Shown here piece after piece: positions 62,341-64,000 of a stretch of 64,000 nucleotides of DNA (positions are counted from its first letter, which is position 1; each line of letters starts with the position of its first letter). Below the pieces are notes generated by a model that was not told where the DNA came from, ran no database searches, and saw nothing but the letters and a program-made list of their open reading frames with translations. The translations under genes and the position numbers were made by a program. The stretch comes from Marsupella aquatica (taxonomy: Eukaryota > Plantae > Marchantiophyta): positions 13,022,238 to 13,086,237 of the forward strand of contig OZ316892.1 of assembly GCA_973895155.1 (NCBI GenBank), in the 5' to 3' direction.

Positions 62341-64000
62341 ATCCTGCAAATGCATGCATGAACAGGAGTCCATTGAGTCACGCACAATGGAGAGTCTCGA
62401 CAGACTAGTCTTCCTTCTTGGGAGGATGCAGTATATGCTTTTTGGCTGGCGAGGATACAAACAATCGGGAAGGGGAGGCTCGACCAGTTTCGAGAGAATA
62501 GTATATACGGCGTGGGTTTCGGGGGTGATGCCCAGTGCAATAGAGTGCTTTTATTAAAACATAAATTTAAACTCAGAAGGTGATATGAAAGGAAATTGGA
62601 ATTTTATAATTGAAGGGTTGGGGTTTTGGGCCCTATAAGCTTGGACTAAATCTTACATCCCAAACCTTTTGCTCATATTTGATTCCTACGCTTCCGTGAG
62701 ATCTATTCAAATGTGTACTCTATTCAAACGTGTACTTTCACCAGGATCAGAGATTTTGCATGAGATCTATTAAACCTTGGATTTTCACTAGCTAGGATAG
62801 GCCTGATTAAGAGTAAAAAAAGTGGATGTCTATACAAGTAGAATTTTGGGATCTCATTCGAGCTCAACGGTTTGGATGCAGATCTCATATGAGCTTATGG
62901 CTCTGATGTTTGGCTTATCGTTTCTCTTGTGTCCCCTTTTGTGTCCTTGGGCAAGGAAAATGCGCCTCCAGTAGCCAACATGTAATAGGTTCAGAGCATA
63001 TTAGAACTGCCTAGGATTTGCACCTTGCCACCCGCTACCAAAAAGGGAAACATACAGAAAAGGTGGGGAAGAGCACAAGGTGTGCATGGGGTTAGGGAGT
63101 GTGGATGGGGGATGGAGGAAAGCATCAAACGAAACATATTACCGTGCTTGATCCCCTAGTTTTTGGTAACGCTGCACAACAACAATTCAGAAAGGATTTT
63201 GCAGAGTAAAACATCAATGTGAATCATCAATCATCTTTTGCAGAGTAGCATCTTACTCTGTGAATCATCTTACAAAAGAAAGAGGTGTGAACTTTAATGC
63301 AATTGACTGTTTGGTTTGAAAATTTTGGGGATTGGTTCAACTATTTAGAAAACCTCTTGAGAATTCATTAGCGCATGTTTACAGGCATAGTGTCAACAAG
63401 CACTATGGTACAATGACCAGCCAAATGACAAGGAAGTACAAAACTGACTGCAATGTAGTCCTATGATAATTGAGCAAGCTCTTCATGTGATAAAACGGGT
63501 GAGGGGTTCTGAGGGATCTTTGGATATGGCAGTCCAGCCTGGCAGTCAAGGAGCCATGTGCCACAACTGTGCGATTGGCTGATATTTACACGTGCACTGC
63601 TCAGGCGTTGACTAGTTCTCGTTTCATTCTTCATCAAAATTCTCAAAACAAAGACATGCCAACATTGAGTGTATCAAACAACAGCTGATTACCATAGACC
63701 TACTTCAGGACACATTGAGTCACCATCAAGTCAACGACATCACTAATAGTCCAAGCTAAAGCTCACTTCATTGGACATTGAAAAAAGTTAGATTATTTGC
63801 TACAGTATATGTCAATGGTTACTGAACAAGCAAGAGGGGGAGCAAGAGTCCTTTTGTACTTGTTAGCAACTGGTTATTGTGGGACCAATTGGAGAGACTT
63901 GAAAACCTGTAAAATCCGAGAAAATCCAGGTCACCCCCTAACTGTCAGTCAATTGATAATATCAATCAATGGTGCATGTGTTGTGCTGTATTTAAAGCTT

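Noticed and set aside
61509-62540. 343-aa ORF, and a CRISPR-like appearance of the repeat
   Set aside because: The ORF is a by-product of the 78-bp tandem repeat. Units are contiguous with no unique spacers, and there are no cas genes.

Overview
Eukaryotic, intron-rich land-plant nuclear DNA; TE and gene style suggest a non-seed plant such as a bryophyte (inference). The first 16.7 kb is a three-level transposon nest. A decayed Ty1/copia (Bianca-like) retrotransposon is split inside its RNase H by an ~11.6-kb Mutator-like DNA transposon (4465-16098, target duplication (CC)CACGAAC), which in turn carries two small insertions with 8-bp target duplications. The 11.6-kb element is the most unusual thing in the window. 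Besides a GCM-like/DDE/SWIM transposase, it carries a divergently oriented spliced gene joining a ParB/Srx-like domain (DGNH[R>C]) to a bacterial-type N4C/N6A DNA-methyltransferase-like domain. It also carries 15 copies of a 15-bp palindrome, TAGCGCC-N-GGCGCTA, found only in its introns and other non-coding parts. The rest of the window holds a hAT transposase relic, a LINE, an intact ~22-exon AGO1-type gene (-), exons of a poorly conserved EF-hand-like gene (-), an intronless plastid uroporphyrinogen decarboxylase (+), a plastid KAS I gene (-) and several tandem repeats. All domain calls come from reading motifs by eye; no database searches were run.
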